From contig OZ242005.1 in assembly GCA_965204725.1 (NCBI GenBank), forward strand, positions 3,072,001 to 3,136,000: a stretch of DNA of 64,000 nt. Reading direction: 5' to 3'. Below are positions 45,213 to 54,461 of this stretch, piece by piece; the first letter of the stretch is position 1; every line of letters begins with the position of its first letter. The notes under the pieces are model-generated. The model did not search any database and was not told the origin of the DNA. It saw only the letters and a list, made by a program, of their open reading frames with translations. A program made the translations under genes and the position numbers. Source of the DNA: Candidatus Latescibacterota bacterium (GTDB lineage Bacteria; Latescibacterota; UBA2968; UBA8231).

Positions 45213-48200
45213 ATGAGTACTCATAAAGTCGTTTTCCGCAGTAAAGTTATGACCGCCCTTTTCTTGGGCGTCCTCGGCTATGTACCCCTTTGGGGACAGG
45301 ACCTAGACTTCGCCCCGGCCAAGCCCGACGGCCCGGCCAAGATACAGAGTGCGTTGTGGGAGCTAGCAGTGCCGTCGGCGGGCAAGTTGGCTCGTGCGGA
45401 AGGCGTCGAGGATACGGTCGTCGTCATTTTGGTTCCCCATCGCGGGCAAGCGTCGGCGTCGATTGATACGTCGTCTATGGTGGCGTTGGGCGTCGAGGTG
45501 AAGGCTCGGTCGAAAAGTCTGATGCGGGTTTCGGTTCCGGCGTCGTCGCTGTTGGCGGTGTCGGAACTGCCGGGGGTGAGCTTTGTCCGCCGACCGTTCC
45601 GGCCGCATGCACAACAGGTTCGGAGCGAAGGTCGGCGACTCATCAACGCTATAAATAATTACAATGCAGGCGTCAGAGGCCAAGGGGTCAAGGTGGCCGT
45701 TATTGACGGCGGATTTAAGGGAGCGAACCAATTGGGGTCAGACATGCCGGCGACTTGGCGGGTTCTTGACTATACGGGCGAGGGGATATACGCTGGCGAA
45801 AGCGTCCACGGCACGGCCTGCGCCGAGATTATCTACGACGTGGCACCGGAAGCCGAACTCACGCTTCTGAGGGTGGACGATCTAGTTGACTTGGAGAATG
45901 CCAAGGATCTTTGCATACGAGAGGGAATTGACATAATCAATCATTCCACAGGCTGGTTTGGAACCGGCATTGGCGACGGGCGAGGACTAGCCTGCGACAT
46001 TGTAAATGACGCCGCGGATAAGGGGATTCTCTGGGTAAATGCAGCGGGCAATGGTGCAAACAGCCATTACTCTGGGTCTTGGTCTGATCGAGATTCTGAT
46101 GGTTGGCATAATTTTAGGGGAGACGACGAGACGATAGGTTTTGAAGCGGAGGAAGGGGATTCGATAAGCGTTTTATTGACGTGGGATGATTGGACTAACC
46201 CGCGTGAGGACTACGACCTGTTCCTCTATTTTACAGACTCCTCCGGCGCTCTCGAAAGAGTCGCCGCGAGTGAAAATCGTCAAAAAATTGGCGGTGGCGA
46301 TCCTGTGGAATCGATAGAAATCAAAGTAGAGAGATCGGGAGAATACGGGGTTGCTGTTTGGAGCGCGGGTGCCCGGCCTAAAAGGCTGAAAATATGGTCG
46401 CTCGATCACGACTTTGAAGAGTATTCGGTGGCGGAGAACAGTATCGAGAGTCCGGCGGATGCCCGAGGGGCCATGAGTGTCGGGGCGGTCTATTATGGAG
46501 ATTGGAATGCTGGTCGGATTGAAGACTATAGCTCGCGTGGTCCCACTACCGATGGTCGCATCAAGCCCGAACTCGTCGCGCCTACTGGAGTATCGACAGT
46601 TTCTTATGCACCGGAGGGGTATTTCGGGACCTCGGCGGCTGCACCCCACGTCGCTGGCGCGGCAGCCCTAATCAAATCGGCCAATCCATCGTACTCGCGC
46701 ACTCAACTGTGGAATGCACTGGTCGCGGCAACGGTTGACGTAGGAAGCCGGGGAAGGGACAATACTTTTGGACACGGCAAACTCGTGTTGCCGGTTATGC
46801 AGGGTTCTCGAATTACTTCGCCTCAAATTACTTCCATATCGCCCAGTCGAGTGCGGTACAACCAAGTCGTAACCATCCGTGGGACGGCCTTTGGCACGAA
46901 TCGGGGCACGAGCCGGGTGGTTTTCCACAGCGGTAAGAGCCCTAGCTCTTCCCAATATGTTAGCTGGAGCAATACCCAGATCCAAGTGCGAGTGCCGTCG
47001 GGAGCGCGCACCGGCAATGTGCAAGTTGTAACGACGAACGGGAGCGACACGGCGCGGCTGACGGTTACCTCGCCTTGGATCAGCGGCGTCTCCCCGGGGA
47101 CCGCAAGGAGCAATACCGTTGTTACCGTAAGCGGGGAGAATTTTGGTTCCTCGCGGGGGAGCAGTTCCGTGCGGATTGGTTCGGTCGCGATCACTGCGTT
47201 CACCTCTTGGTCGAGTCGATCGATCCGATTTCGCGTTCCCCGCAATACGCCGCCCGGCAACCTGACGGTTAGAACGGCAGAAGGCACCAGTAATTCCATT
47301 CGCTTGAACGTAACAAGCCCGTATCTGACGAGCATCTCGCCGACGCGCATAAAAACAGGAAATCGCCTGACGCTCGCGGGCGGCAATTTCGGCTCCCGCC
47401 GCGGCACGGGATACGTTGTGTTTGGTTCTGTACGGGCCTCTACTTCGGACTACGTGAGTTGGTCCGACCGCCGCATTGTCGTCAAGGTTCCAAACAGGGC
47501 GCAGACCGGCAATGTGCAGGTTACGACCTCGAATGGGACATCTGGGACGAAGCGTCTTACAATCGAAAGCAGGGGTCCGCAAATTACTTCCATATCGCCT
47601 AGCCGGGTGCGGTACAGTCAAGTTGTAACCATCCGTGGGACGGCCTTTGGCGCGAATAGGGGCACGAGCCGGGTGGTTTTCTTTGGGAGTGGGATTGCTA
47701 GTGCTTCCCAATATGTTAGCTGGAGCGATACCCAGATCCGCGTGCGAGTGCCATCGGGAACGCGTACCGGCGATCTACAGGTTGTAACCTCGGGCGGAAG
47801 CGACACGGCTCGGCTGACGATTACCTCGCCTTGGATCAGCGGCGTCTCCCCGCAGAACGCAAGGACCAACAATGTTGTTACCGTAAACGGGGAGAATTTC
47901 GGTTCCTCGCGAGGAAGCAGTTCCGTGCGGATTGGTTCGACCGCGATCACTGAGTTCACCTCTTGGTCGAGTAGAGCGATCCGATTTCGCGTTCCCATCA
48001 ATACGCCGCCCGGCAACCTGACGGTTAGAACGACAAACGGCACCAGTAATTCCATCCGTTTGAACATAACCAGCCCGTATCTGACGAGCATCTCGCCGAC
48101 GCGCGCACAACCGGGAGATCGTCTCACGCTCAGGGGCGGCAATTTCGGCTCCAGCCGCGGCACGGGATACGTTTTGTTTACTGCGTTACTGCCCTCTGCT

Positions 48201-49514
48201 GGGGACTATGTGAGTTGGTCGGACCGCCGAATTGTCGTCCGGGTTCCAGAGCAGGCTCCGAGCGGCGATGTGCGGGTTACGACCTCAAATGGGACATCGG
48301 AGGCGAAGCGCGTTACAATCGGAGGTGCCTCGCCTTGGATCAGCAGCATCTCTCCGCAGACCGCAAGGACCAATACCGTTGTTACTGTAAGCGGGGGTAA
48401 CTTCGGTTCCTCTCGGGGGAGCAGTTCCGTGCGGATTGGTTCGACCGCGATCACTTCGTTCACCTCTTGGACGAATGGAACGATCCGATTTCGCATACCC
48501 CGCAATACGCCGCCCGGCAACCTGACGGTTAGAACGGCAGAAGGCACCAGTAATTTCATCCGCTTGAACATAACCAGCCCGTATCTGACGAACATCTCGC
48601 CGACGAGTGTAGAAACAGGAGATCGTCTCACGCTCACGGGTGGTAATTTCGGCTCCAGCCGCGGCACGGGATACGTTTTGTTTTTCTCTAGTGTACGGCC
48701 TTCTGGTGCGGACTATGTGAGTTGGTCGGACCGCCGAATTGTCGTCGAGGTTCCAGATGAGGCGCGGAGCGGCAATGTGCAGGTTGCGACCTCGAATGGG
48801 ACATCCGGGACGAAGCGTCTCACAGTCGAAAGCGAGCAGTTTGAGCCCCTTCCGAGCCGAGGGCTTTTCGGCTACAGTCCACCAGCGGTTAGCAAAAATC
48901 CCAAAAGCGTCAAGTTCGGCTTTGAGAAAAAAACCAATTACAATGTCGCGTGTTATTTTTCAGCAAAGGAAGTAAGCGATGGGGAAGTTGACATCTTTCT
49001 CAACGGATGGTCTTACTCCTGGATCCCAGAGAGCGAGGACTGGACGGCTTGGTATCTCGTCTTGGAGAGTGCAGACCTGCACTCTGGCACAAACATTATC
49101 GAGTTCCGCAATGTCCTCAACCAAGACCGCACCTCAGGTTTTACTCTCTGGCAGTTGAAGGATGTGTGGGTGGGGGAACCACCCAGTGCCAAGCCCGTCG
49201 CAGGGGTGCATCGCTTGTCCGAGTTGCCGGAAGAGTTGGTATCCGGTTTGGGCGATCCCTTCCCCGCGCCGTTCAACGCCGAAGTGACCATTCCCTTTGC
49301 CGTCGCTACCGCCAGTCCCGTGCGGCTTGCCGTCTATAACCTGATGGGCCAGCCCATTCGCGTGTTGGCCGATGGCTGGGCGGAAGCCGGATGGCACCAA
49401 GTGCGCTGGGATGGCCGCACGGCGGCAGGCGCAGAGGCCGCATCTGGGGTCTATTGGGCCGTGCTGCAAGCCGGCGATGCCGTCCAAACGGCCAAGTTGG
49501 CGTTGATTCGCTGA
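45213..49514 (+). CDS. Secreted S8 protease 4 with eight IPT/TIG domains and a FlgD/T9SS-type CTD
   Basis: Same triad; eight ~85-aa repeats beginning P(Q/W/Y)(I/L)xx(I/V)SP in the order ABC-ABC-BC; start at 45213 or 45177. Confidence 0.9.
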   Translation: MSTHKVVFRSKVMTALFLGVLGYVPLWGQDLDFAPAKPDGPAKIQSALWELAVPSAGKLARAEGVEDTVVVILVPHRGQASASIDTSSMVALGVEVKARSKSLMRVSVPASSLLAVSELPGVSFVRRPFRPHAQQVRSEGRRLINAINNYNAGVRGQGVKVAVIDGGFKGANQLGSDMPATWRVLDYTGEGIYAGESVHGTACAEIIYDVAPEAELTLLRVDDLVDLENAKDLCIREGIDIINHSTGWFGTGIGDGRGLACDIVNDAADKGILWVNAAGNGANSHYSGSWSDRDSDGWHNFRGDDETIGFEAEEGDSISVLLTWDDWTNPREDYDLFLYFTDSSGALERVAASENRQKIGGGDPVESIEIKVERSGEYGVAVWSAGARPKRLKIWSLDHDFEEYSVAENSIESPADARGAMSVGAVYYGDWNAGRIEDYSSRGPTTDGRIKPELVAPTGVSTVSYAPEGYFGTSAAAPHVAGAAALIKSANPSYSRTQLWNALVAATVDVGSRGRDNTFGHGKLVLPVMQGSRITSPQITSISPSRVRYNQVVTIRGTAFGTNRGTSRVVFHSGKSPSSSQYVSWSNTQIQVRVPSGARTGNVQVVTTNGSDTARLTVTSPWISGVSPGTARSNTVVTVSGENFGSSRGSSSVRIGSVAITAFTSWSSRSIRFRVPRNTPPGNLTVRTAEGTSNSIRLNVTSPYLTSISPTRIKTGNRLTLAGGNFGSRRGTGYVVFGSVRASTSDYVSWSDRRIVVKVPNRAQTGNVQVTTSNGTSGTKRLTIESRGPQITSISPSRVRYSQVVTIRGTAFGANRGTSRVVFFGSGIASASQYVSWSDTQIRVRVPSGTRTGDLQVVTSGGSDTARLTITSPWISGVSPQNARTNNVVTVNGENFGSSRGSSSVRIGSTAITEFTSWSSRAIRFRVPINTPPGNLTVRTTNGTSNSIRLNITSPYLTSISPTRAQPGDRLTLRGGNFGSSRGTGYVLFTALLPSAGDYVSWSDRRIVVRVPEQAPSGDVRVTTSNGTSEAKRVTIGGASPWISSISPQTARTNTVVTVSGGNFGSSRGSSSVRIGSTAITSFTSWTNGTIRFRIPRNTPPGNLTVRTAEGTSNFIRLNITSPYLTNISPTSVETGDRLTLTGGNFGSSRGTGYVLFFSSVRPSGADYVSWSDRRIVVEVPDEARSGNVQVATSNGTSGTKRLTVESEQFEPLPSRGLFGYSPPAVSKNPKSVKFGFEKKTNYNVACYFSAKEVSDGEVDIFLNGWSYSWIPESEDWTAWYLVLESADLHSGTNIIEFRNVLNQDRTSGFTLWQLKDVWVGEPPSAKPVAGVHRLSELPEELVSGLGDPFPAPFNAEVTIPFAVATASPVRLAVYNLMGQPIRVLADGWAEAGWHQVRWDGRTAAGAEAASGVYWAVLQAGDAVQTAKLALIR

Positions 49515-49536
49515 CAGGGCTTGTTCAAGCGGGAAT

Positions 49537-49575
49537 CTTGACTTACTTGACTTAACGGTTTGATCATGGTACGCT
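49537..49575 (+). promoter_or_regulatory. Sigma70 promoter with extended -10 and a tandem direct repeat
   Basis: TTGACT (49547-49552)-N17-TACGCT (49570-49575) preceded by TG; CTTGACTTA occurs twice in tandem at 49537-49554. Confidence 0.6.
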
Positions 49576-49604
49576 GCAAGTACCACTTGAGAAAGAGGCA
49601 TACT

Positions 49605-49841
49605 ATGCTTGGGCTAAAAAAGGAAATCGCCGCGTATGAACGCATACGTGACGACCTTGAATTGGAGCATTTCGGCAAATGGATCGTCGTGCATGACGAG
49701 GAACTCGCCGGGATCTATGACTCGTTTGAAGCGGCAGCCGACAACGCCGTACAGCGTTTCGGGCGCGGGCCGTACCTAATCAAACGAGTCGGAGAACCAC
49801 CGATGACCCTACCGGCTTCCGTGCTGTTCCGTACTGTATAG
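49605..49841 (+). CDS. Small DUF5678-like protein
   Basis: AYERIRDDLELEHFGKWIVVHDEE...DSFEAA...YLIKRVG pattern; SD GAGG. Confidence 0.7.
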   Translation: MLGLKKEIAAYERIRDDLELEHFGKWIVVHDEELAGIYDSFEAAADNAVQRFGRGPYLIKRVGEPPMTLPASVLFRTV

Positions 49842-49846
49842 TCCCT

Positions 49847-50302
49847 ATGCCGACAACTAAGTGCGGATTCGGCGACCAAACAGGGCAGTCCGGTCGGGAC
49901 GCATTAGCACTCTACGGACCGACGCTGTTTGTCCAGATCGGCTTCGATCCGGCTTTCCGAGCCGATGGCTCTAGCCTTAATCTACCGCCCGATATGCGTC
50001 CTGCTCTGGTGGATACGGGCGCGATGGAAAGCTGCATTGACTCCGATCTCGCTCTTGTACTAAACCTACCTATTGTCGATAGGAAGAAAGTGGCCGGGGT
50101 CCACGGGGCCGATACAGTCAACGTTCATCTCGCTCAAATTCATGTCGCGCCCTTGGATTTTACGGTATATGGTCGGTTTGCCGGGGTTCATCTACGCGCT
50201 GGAGGCCAGCCCCATTTCGCGCTTCTCGGCAGAACCTTCTTGCGGAACTTTACGATGACGTACGAGGGTAGAACAGGGAACGTCATCCTCAGCAACGACT
50301 AG
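49847..50302 (+). CDS. Retropepsin-like (clan AA) aspartic protease
   Basis: ALVDTGA catalytic motif, flap VAGVHG, LLGRTFL; single domain; no signal peptide. Confidence 0.88.
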   Translation: MPTTKCGFGDQTGQSGRDALALYGPTLFVQIGFDPAFRADGSSLNLPPDMRPALVDTGAMESCIDSDLALVLNLPIVDRKKVAGVHGADTVNVHLAQIHVAPLDFTVYGRFAGVHLRAGGQPHFALLGRTFLRNFTMTYEGRTGNVILSND

Positions 50303-50337
50303 GTTTCAGAGGAACCCACTGCCATCCGCGGAACGAT

Positions 50338-50366
50338 TTGACAGCGCAATGCCCCCCTTTTACCTT
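50338..50366 (+). promoter_or_regulatory. Sigma70 promoter of the trp operon
   Basis: TTGACA-N17-TACCTT, ending 9 nt before the leader ATG. Confidence 0.7.
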
Positions 50367-50375
50367 TTGCTCGTT

Positions 50376-50456
50376 ATGAATTTTTCGCCTCATATTCGTC
50401 GCTGGTGGTGCGGTTGGCATTTCCCGAGCCGGGAGAGAGGTGCGTCCATCCGCTAG
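50376..50456 (+). CDS. trpL: trp operon leader peptide (26 aa)
   Basis: MNFSPHIRRWWCGWHFPSRERGASIR, with three Trp codons, directly upstream of a terminator and trpE. Confidence 0.85.
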   Translation: MNFSPHIRRWWCGWHFPSRERGASIR

Positions 50457-50480
50457 ACTGCGACGATATTTTTTAATTCC

Positions 50481-50513
50481 AACGCGGACGCCCTCGGGTG
50501 TCCGCGTTTTTTT
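50481..50513 (+). terminator. Attenuator terminator
   Basis: AACGCGGACGCCC-TC-GGGTGTCCGCGTT followed by a T run. GCGTCC (50442-50447) can pair with GGACGC in the left arm as an antiterminator. Confidence 0.88.
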
Positions 50514-50530
50514 GTACTATGGAGAACGCC

Positions 50531-52708
50531 ATGACCATGCACACGGAAACCTTTCGCACGGCCGGCGGCGTCGAAGTCAGGCGCACAACCCGGCCGTTGC
50601 CCCTAGCGCAGCCGCTCGAGTCCCTGCTGGAGCGGCTCAATACGCACCGCGGCGCGGTCTTTGCCAGCGGCTACGAATATCCGGGGCGATACAGCCGTTG
50701 GGACATTGGCTTTGTCGATCCGCCGCTGGAGCTGGTGGCGCGTCAGCGCGACTTCGCCTTCCGGGCGCTCAACGCCCGCGGCCAAGTGCTGCTGGAGATC
50801 GTGCGCCGAGGGCTTGCTGGGCACGAGCACTTGGCCGCGCTGGAGCTCGCCGAGGGCCAGCTCAAAGGCGCGGTGGTGCCGATGCCCGAATACTTTTTGG
50901 AGGAGGAACGCTCCAAGCAGCCGACGATCTTCAGCGTCCTGCGCGCCCTCGAGGCGCAGATGCGAGGCGCGGACGACGGGCACTTGGGATGGTACGGAGC
51001 GCTGGGCTACGACTTGGTGTTCCAGTTTGAGCCTATTGAGCTGCGCCACCCGCGCCGGGCGGACCAAGCCGATCTGCATCTGTTTTTGCCGGACGAGCTC
51101 GTCGTCGTCGATCACCGCAAAGAGCAAGCGCGGCGCTACAGCTATGAGTTTGCCGCGGCTGGGTTGTCAACCGCGGGCATGCAGCGGCACACCGACGCCG
51201 TGCCATACGAGCCGGGCGCGGCGACCGCACTCCAATGCGACCACGCCCCGGGCGAATACGCGGACAAGGTGCGCGAGGTCATTGCCGGCACCGAGCGCGG
51301 AGACTTCTTCGAGGTGGTGCCGAGCCAAGTGCTCAGCGCGGGGTATGCCGGCAGCCCGCATGCCCTCTTTGAGAATATCCGCCGCACCAACCCCAGCCCC
51401 TACGAGTTCTTCATCCACCTCGGCGACGAGTATTTGATCGGCGCTTCGCCCGAGATGTTCGTGCGGGTCAACGGGTCCTTCGTCGAGACGTCTCCGATTG
51501 CCGGGACCATCGGCCGGGGCAAAACCGTGATGGAGGACGCCGATCAGATCCGCGACCTGCTCAACTCGAAAAAAGACGAGGCCGAGCTAAACATGTGTAC
51601 GGACGTCGATCGCAACGACAAGGCGCGGATTTGCAAGGAAGGATCGGTGCGGGTGGTCGGGCGGCGAATGATCGAAAAGTACTCCAAAGTCTTTCACACC
51701 GTGGACCAAGTCGTAGGCGAGCTGAAGGACAGCTGCGATGGCTTCGACGCCTTGCTCTCGCATCTCTGGGCGGTAACGCTCACCGGCGCGCCCAAACCAG
51801 CGGCCATGCAGAAGATCGAGGAGTTGGAAAACTCGGCGCGGCGTTGGTACGGCGGCTGCATCGGGATGCTGCTCTTTAGCGGCGAGATCAACACCGGGAT
51901 CACCATCCGCACGGTACACTTAGAGGGCGGCATGGCCCGCGTCCGGGTCGGCGCGACCTTGCTGTGCGACTCAGACCCGGACGACGAGGAACGCGAAACC
52001 CGGACCAAAGCCGAGACCTTTATCAACGCGGTGATCGGGGCCGAAAGCGCGGTCACACCGGATAAGGCGAGCGCGGGCACGGGCCGCGGCAAGCGGGTGC
52101 TCTTTGTGGATAACCGCGACTCTTTCGTCCACACGCTCGGCGACTATGTGCGACAAACCGGGGCCGAAGTGGTCACGGTGCGCGCCGAGCGGTCGCCCGA
52201 TGGCAGCGGAGCGCGGGGCCTGCGCCAGCCGGAGCGCGTCTTCGCCGAGGTGGACCCGGACTTGGTCTTTATCTCGCCCGGCCCGGGGACGCCCGAGGAG
52301 TTCGGTGTGCCAACGCTGGTGCGGGAATGCGTCCGGCGCGCGCTGCCGGTCTTTGGCGTGTGCCTCGGGCTACAGGGCATCGTCCAAGCCTTTGGCGGCG
52401 AGTTGGGCGTCTTGTCCTACCCCATGCACGGCAAGGAATCGACGATCCGCTGCACCCCCGAAGGGATCTTCAACGGGTTTCCCGAAGAATTCGTCGCTGG
52501 TCGCTATCACTCGCTCTACGCGCGGCCGGAGAAATTGCCGGCGTGCCTGCGGGTGTTGGCCCAGACCGACGACGGGGTCATCATGGCCGTGGAGCACTGC
52601 GATTTGCCCATAGCGGCCGTGCAGTTCCACCCGGAGTCGATCTTGACGCTCAAGGACGATCTCGGCTTGCGGCTGATCGCCGAGGTCGTGGGGAAGCTGG
52701 CGCGATGA
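50531..52708 (+). CDS. trpE: Fused anthranilate synthase TrpE(G)
   Basis: SGYEYPGRYSRWDIG, NPSPY, ASPEMFV, PIAGT, DVDRND, GAPK; C-terminal GATase with SPGPG, GVCLG and QFHPES; SD GGAG. Confidence 0.92.
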   Translation: MTMHTETFRTAGGVEVRRTTRPLPLAQPLESLLERLNTHRGAVFASGYEYPGRYSRWDIGFVDPPLELVARQRDFAFRALNARGQVLLEIVRRGLAGHEHLAALELAEGQLKGAVVPMPEYFLEEERSKQPTIFSVLRALEAQMRGADDGHLGWYGALGYDLVFQFEPIELRHPRRADQADLHLFLPDELVVVDHRKEQARRYSYEFAAAGLSTAGMQRHTDAVPYEPGAATALQCDHAPGEYADKVREVIAGTERGDFFEVVPSQVLSAGYAGSPHALFENIRRTNPSPYEFFIHLGDEYLIGASPEMFVRVNGSFVETSPIAGTIGRGKTVMEDADQIRDLLNSKKDEAELNMCTDVDRNDKARICKEGSVRVVGRRMIEKYSKVFHTVDQVVGELKDSCDGFDALLSHLWAVTLTGAPKPAAMQKIEELENSARRWYGGCIGMLLFSGEINTGITIRTVHLEGGMARVRVGATLLCDSDPDDEERETRTKAETFINAVIGAESAVTPDKASAGTGRGKRVLFVDNRDSFVHTLGDYVRQTGAEVVTVRAERSPDGSGARGLRQPERVFAEVDPDLVFISPGPGTPEEFGVPTLVRECVRRALPVFGVCLGLQGIVQAFGGELGVLSYPMHGKESTIRCTPEGIFNGFPEEFVAGRYHSLYARPEKLPACLRVLAQTDDGVIMAVEHCDLPIAAVQFHPESILTLKDDLGLRLIAEVVGKLAR

Positions 52709-52719
52709 TACGCATCTCC

Positions 52720-52765
52720 AAGGATCGAGGGCATCTTGCCCTCGTCGAGGGCGGGACGCCCTCGA
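52720..52765. repeat. REP-like doublet, copy 2
   Basis: 46 bp identical to 15683-15728. Confidence 0.85.
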
Positions 52766-52855
52766 CCCCGGACGCAGCGGCAACACCAAAAAATGCGAAC
52801 TCAAAGTCGGTGTCGCGTACTTAGCGTGTAAGGTCTCGTTTTACATGGTCCAACC

Positions 52856-53419
52856 ATGCTGCTGATACTTGATAACTACGACTCCTTTACCTACAATTTG
52901 GTGCATTATCTAGAGGAATTAGGGGCTGCAACCGAGGTCGTGCGCAACGACGAGTTGACGGTCGCCGAAGTGGTCGCGCTCGCACCCGAGCGCGTGGTGA
53001 TCTCGCCCGGTCCTAGTGGCCCGGATCAAGCTGGAATTTCGGGTGCGCTCGTCGAGCGGTTGGCTGGGGTGATTCCCATTTTAGGGGTGTGCTTGGGGCA
53101 CCAAGTCATCGCCCAAGTTTGCGGCGGGCGCGTCGTGCGGGCCAGCGCAATCGTCCACGGCCGGGCGACGCCCGTGCAACACGACGGTCGCACGCTCTTT
53201 GCCGGATTGTCCAACCCGCTCGTGGCCACGCGCTATCACTCGCTGGCGGTCGAGCGCGCGAGTTTGCCCCAGTGCCTCGAAATATCGGCCACGAGCGACG
53301 ATGGGACGATCATGGGGATTCGGCATCGGCGCTGGCCCCTCGAAGGGGTGCAGTTCCACCCGGAATCGATCCTGACGATAGAAGGCAAACAACTGCTGGC
53401 CAACTTCCTTCGCCTATGA
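52856..53419 (+). CDS. trpG: Glutamine amidotransferase (TrpG/PabA)
   Basis: DNYDSFTYNL, SPGP, GVCLGHQ, TRYHSL, GVQFHPES. Confidence 0.88.
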   Translation: MLLILDNYDSFTYNLVHYLEELGAATEVVRNDELTVAEVVALAPERVVISPGPSGPDQAGISGALVERLAGVIPILGVCLGHQVIAQVCGGRVVRASAIVHGRATPVQHDGRTLFAGLSNPLVATRYHSLAVERASLPQCLEISATSDDGTIMGIRHRRWPLEGVQFHPESILTIEGKQLLANFLRL

Positions 53420-53429
53420 GGAACTTTTG

Positions 53430-54440
53430 ATGATACAAGAAGCCATAAAAGACCTAATCGCCGGAGCGGACTTGGGCCGCGCTAGGACGCGGGCGGCCAT
53501 GGACCAGATCATGAGCGGCCAAGCCACAGACGCCCAGATTGGCGCGTTTCTCGTCGCCCTGCGGATCAAAGGCGAGACTGTGGACGAGATCGCCGGTTGC
53601 GCCGAAGTCATGCGCGAGAAAGCCACGCCCATAGCGACAGCGCGCCCCGATCTGATCGACACCTGCGGCACCGGGGGCGATGACTCGGGGACCTTCAACA
53701 TCTCTACGGCGGTGGCCTTTGTCGCCTGCGGCGCTGGCCTAGCGGTGGCCAAGCACGGCAACCGCTCCATATCGAGCCACTGCGGCTCGGCGGACGTGCT
53801 GGCCGCGCTCGGGGTCAACGTCGAAGCCTCGCCGGAAAAAGTTGGCGAGTGCCTCGACGAAGTCGGCATCGGCTTCCTCTTCGCGGTGGCCTTGCACGGG
53901 GCGATGAAACACGCCATCGGCCCGCGCCGGGAGCTGGCCACCCGCACGGTTTTTAACGTCTTGGGGCCGCTGACCAATCCGGCTGGGGCCAAAAGGCAAT
54001 TGATCGGAGTGTACGACAGTGCGCTGACCGAGGCACTCGCCGGGGTGCTCGGCCAGTTGGGATCGGAGCGGGCCTTGGTGGTACACGGCTCGGACGGGCT
54101 AGACGAGATTACCCTGACCGGGCCGACACAGGTCAGCGAGCTGAGAGATGGGTCGGTGAGTACTCGTCAGATCGACCCCAGAGATTTCGGCTTGCAGCTT
54201 GCCCCAGCCGAGGCACTCCAAGGCGGCGATGCGGCTTACAACGCACGCATCCTGCGCGAGGTACTCGATGGCCGGGAAGGGCCGCGGCGCGACGTGGTGC
54301 TCATCAACGCGGCGACCGCAATAGCCGTTGGCGGGCGGGCTGAGGATACGACCGCCGGTCTTGAATTGGCCCGGGCCTCTATCGACTCGGGCCGAGCACG
54401 CCAAGCCTTGGATCGGCTGGTCGAGGTGAGCAACGCCTAG
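53430..54440 (+). CDS. trpD: Anthranilate phosphoribosyltransferase
   Basis: DTCGTGGD, FNIST, KHGNRS, GSADVL, GPLTNP, DGLDE. Confidence 0.95.
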   Translation: MIQEAIKDLIAGADLGRARTRAAMDQIMSGQATDAQIGAFLVALRIKGETVDEIAGCAEVMREKATPIATARPDLIDTCGTGGDDSGTFNISTAVAFVACGAGLAVAKHGNRSISSHCGSADVLAALGVNVEASPEKVGECLDEVGIGFLFAVALHGAMKHAIGPRRELATRTVFNVLGPLTNPAGAKRQLIGVYDSALTEALAGVLGQLGSERALVVHGSDGLDEITLTGPTQVSELRDGSVSTRQIDPRDFGLQLAPAEALQGGDAAYNARILREVLDGREGPRRDVVLINAATAIAVGGRAEDTTAGLELARASIDSGRARQALDRLVEVSNA

Positions 54441-54461
54441 CACATCACCCCACGAATCCTA

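Noticed and set aside
46820-48830. Long direct repeats as a possible CRISPR array or DGR template
   Set aside because: They are in-frame IPT/TIG domain repeats; there are no unique spacers, cas genes or reverse transcriptase, and differences are not adenine-specific.
50531-52708. PhzE or phenazine biosynthesis
   Set aside because: The Trp-rich leader peptide and trpD/trpC context support anthranilate synthase; no phz genes are present.
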